A stretch of DNA of 64,000 nt, from positions 4,092,001 through 4,156,000 of the forward strand of contig CM120640.1 of NCBI GenBank assembly GCA_051362555.1, in the 5' to 3' direction. The notes below the pieces were generated by a model. The model saw only the letters and a program-made list of their open reading frames with translations, was not told the DNA's origin and made no database searches. Each line of letters starts with the position of its first letter. The first letter of the stretch is position 1. Shown here one piece after another: positions 63,867 through 64,000 of this stretch. Origin of the DNA: Lingula anatina (lineage: Eukaryota; Animalia; Brachiopoda). Position numbers and translations under genes: made by a program.

Positions 63867-64000
63867 ATTTCACATTTTAAAGGGATAAGAACTCTTCATA
63901 TGAGGTCTATATTTCACAATAAAAACATTGTGAATAACTCATAGAAATATATATTCTGTTTTACCACAAAAATGCAGTTATAGCTATTATTCTGATATCT

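Overview
AT-rich, intron-dense animal genomic DNA, probably a lophotrochozoan such as a mollusc (inferred from protein style and repeat types). Four conserved genes were reconstructed by hand from splice signals and in-frame translation: TRAPPC11 (+, 30 coding exons, 610-18114, about 1131 aa), SHPK/sedoheptulokinase (-, 4 exons, 31373-22506, about 461 aa), SYF2 (+, 7 exons, 33665-36100, about 232 aa) and the 3' part of FIG4 (-, 47740-37167; its 5' exons lie beyond the window). Everything from 47741 to 64000 appears to be one large, probably U12-type, FIG4 intron packed with nested transposon relics: a THAP pseudogene, an LTR/PBS remnant, an RTE-like LINE, MITEs and a frame-preserving 37-aa tandem-repeat ORF. 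The most striking structure is a Helentron/DINE-1-like non-autonomous element (13438-17115, inverted copy 42618-44526, degenerate copy near 47804). It carries a 146-bp satellite array with higher-order structure, and each monomer contains a perfect nuclear-receptor DR1 site. Also notable: U12 and GC-AG introns, a duplicated 'poison' acceptor, a minimal uORF, candidate cassette exons, and two CAG..CTG MITE families with 5-bp TSDs. No CRISPR array, rRNA or tRNA was seen.
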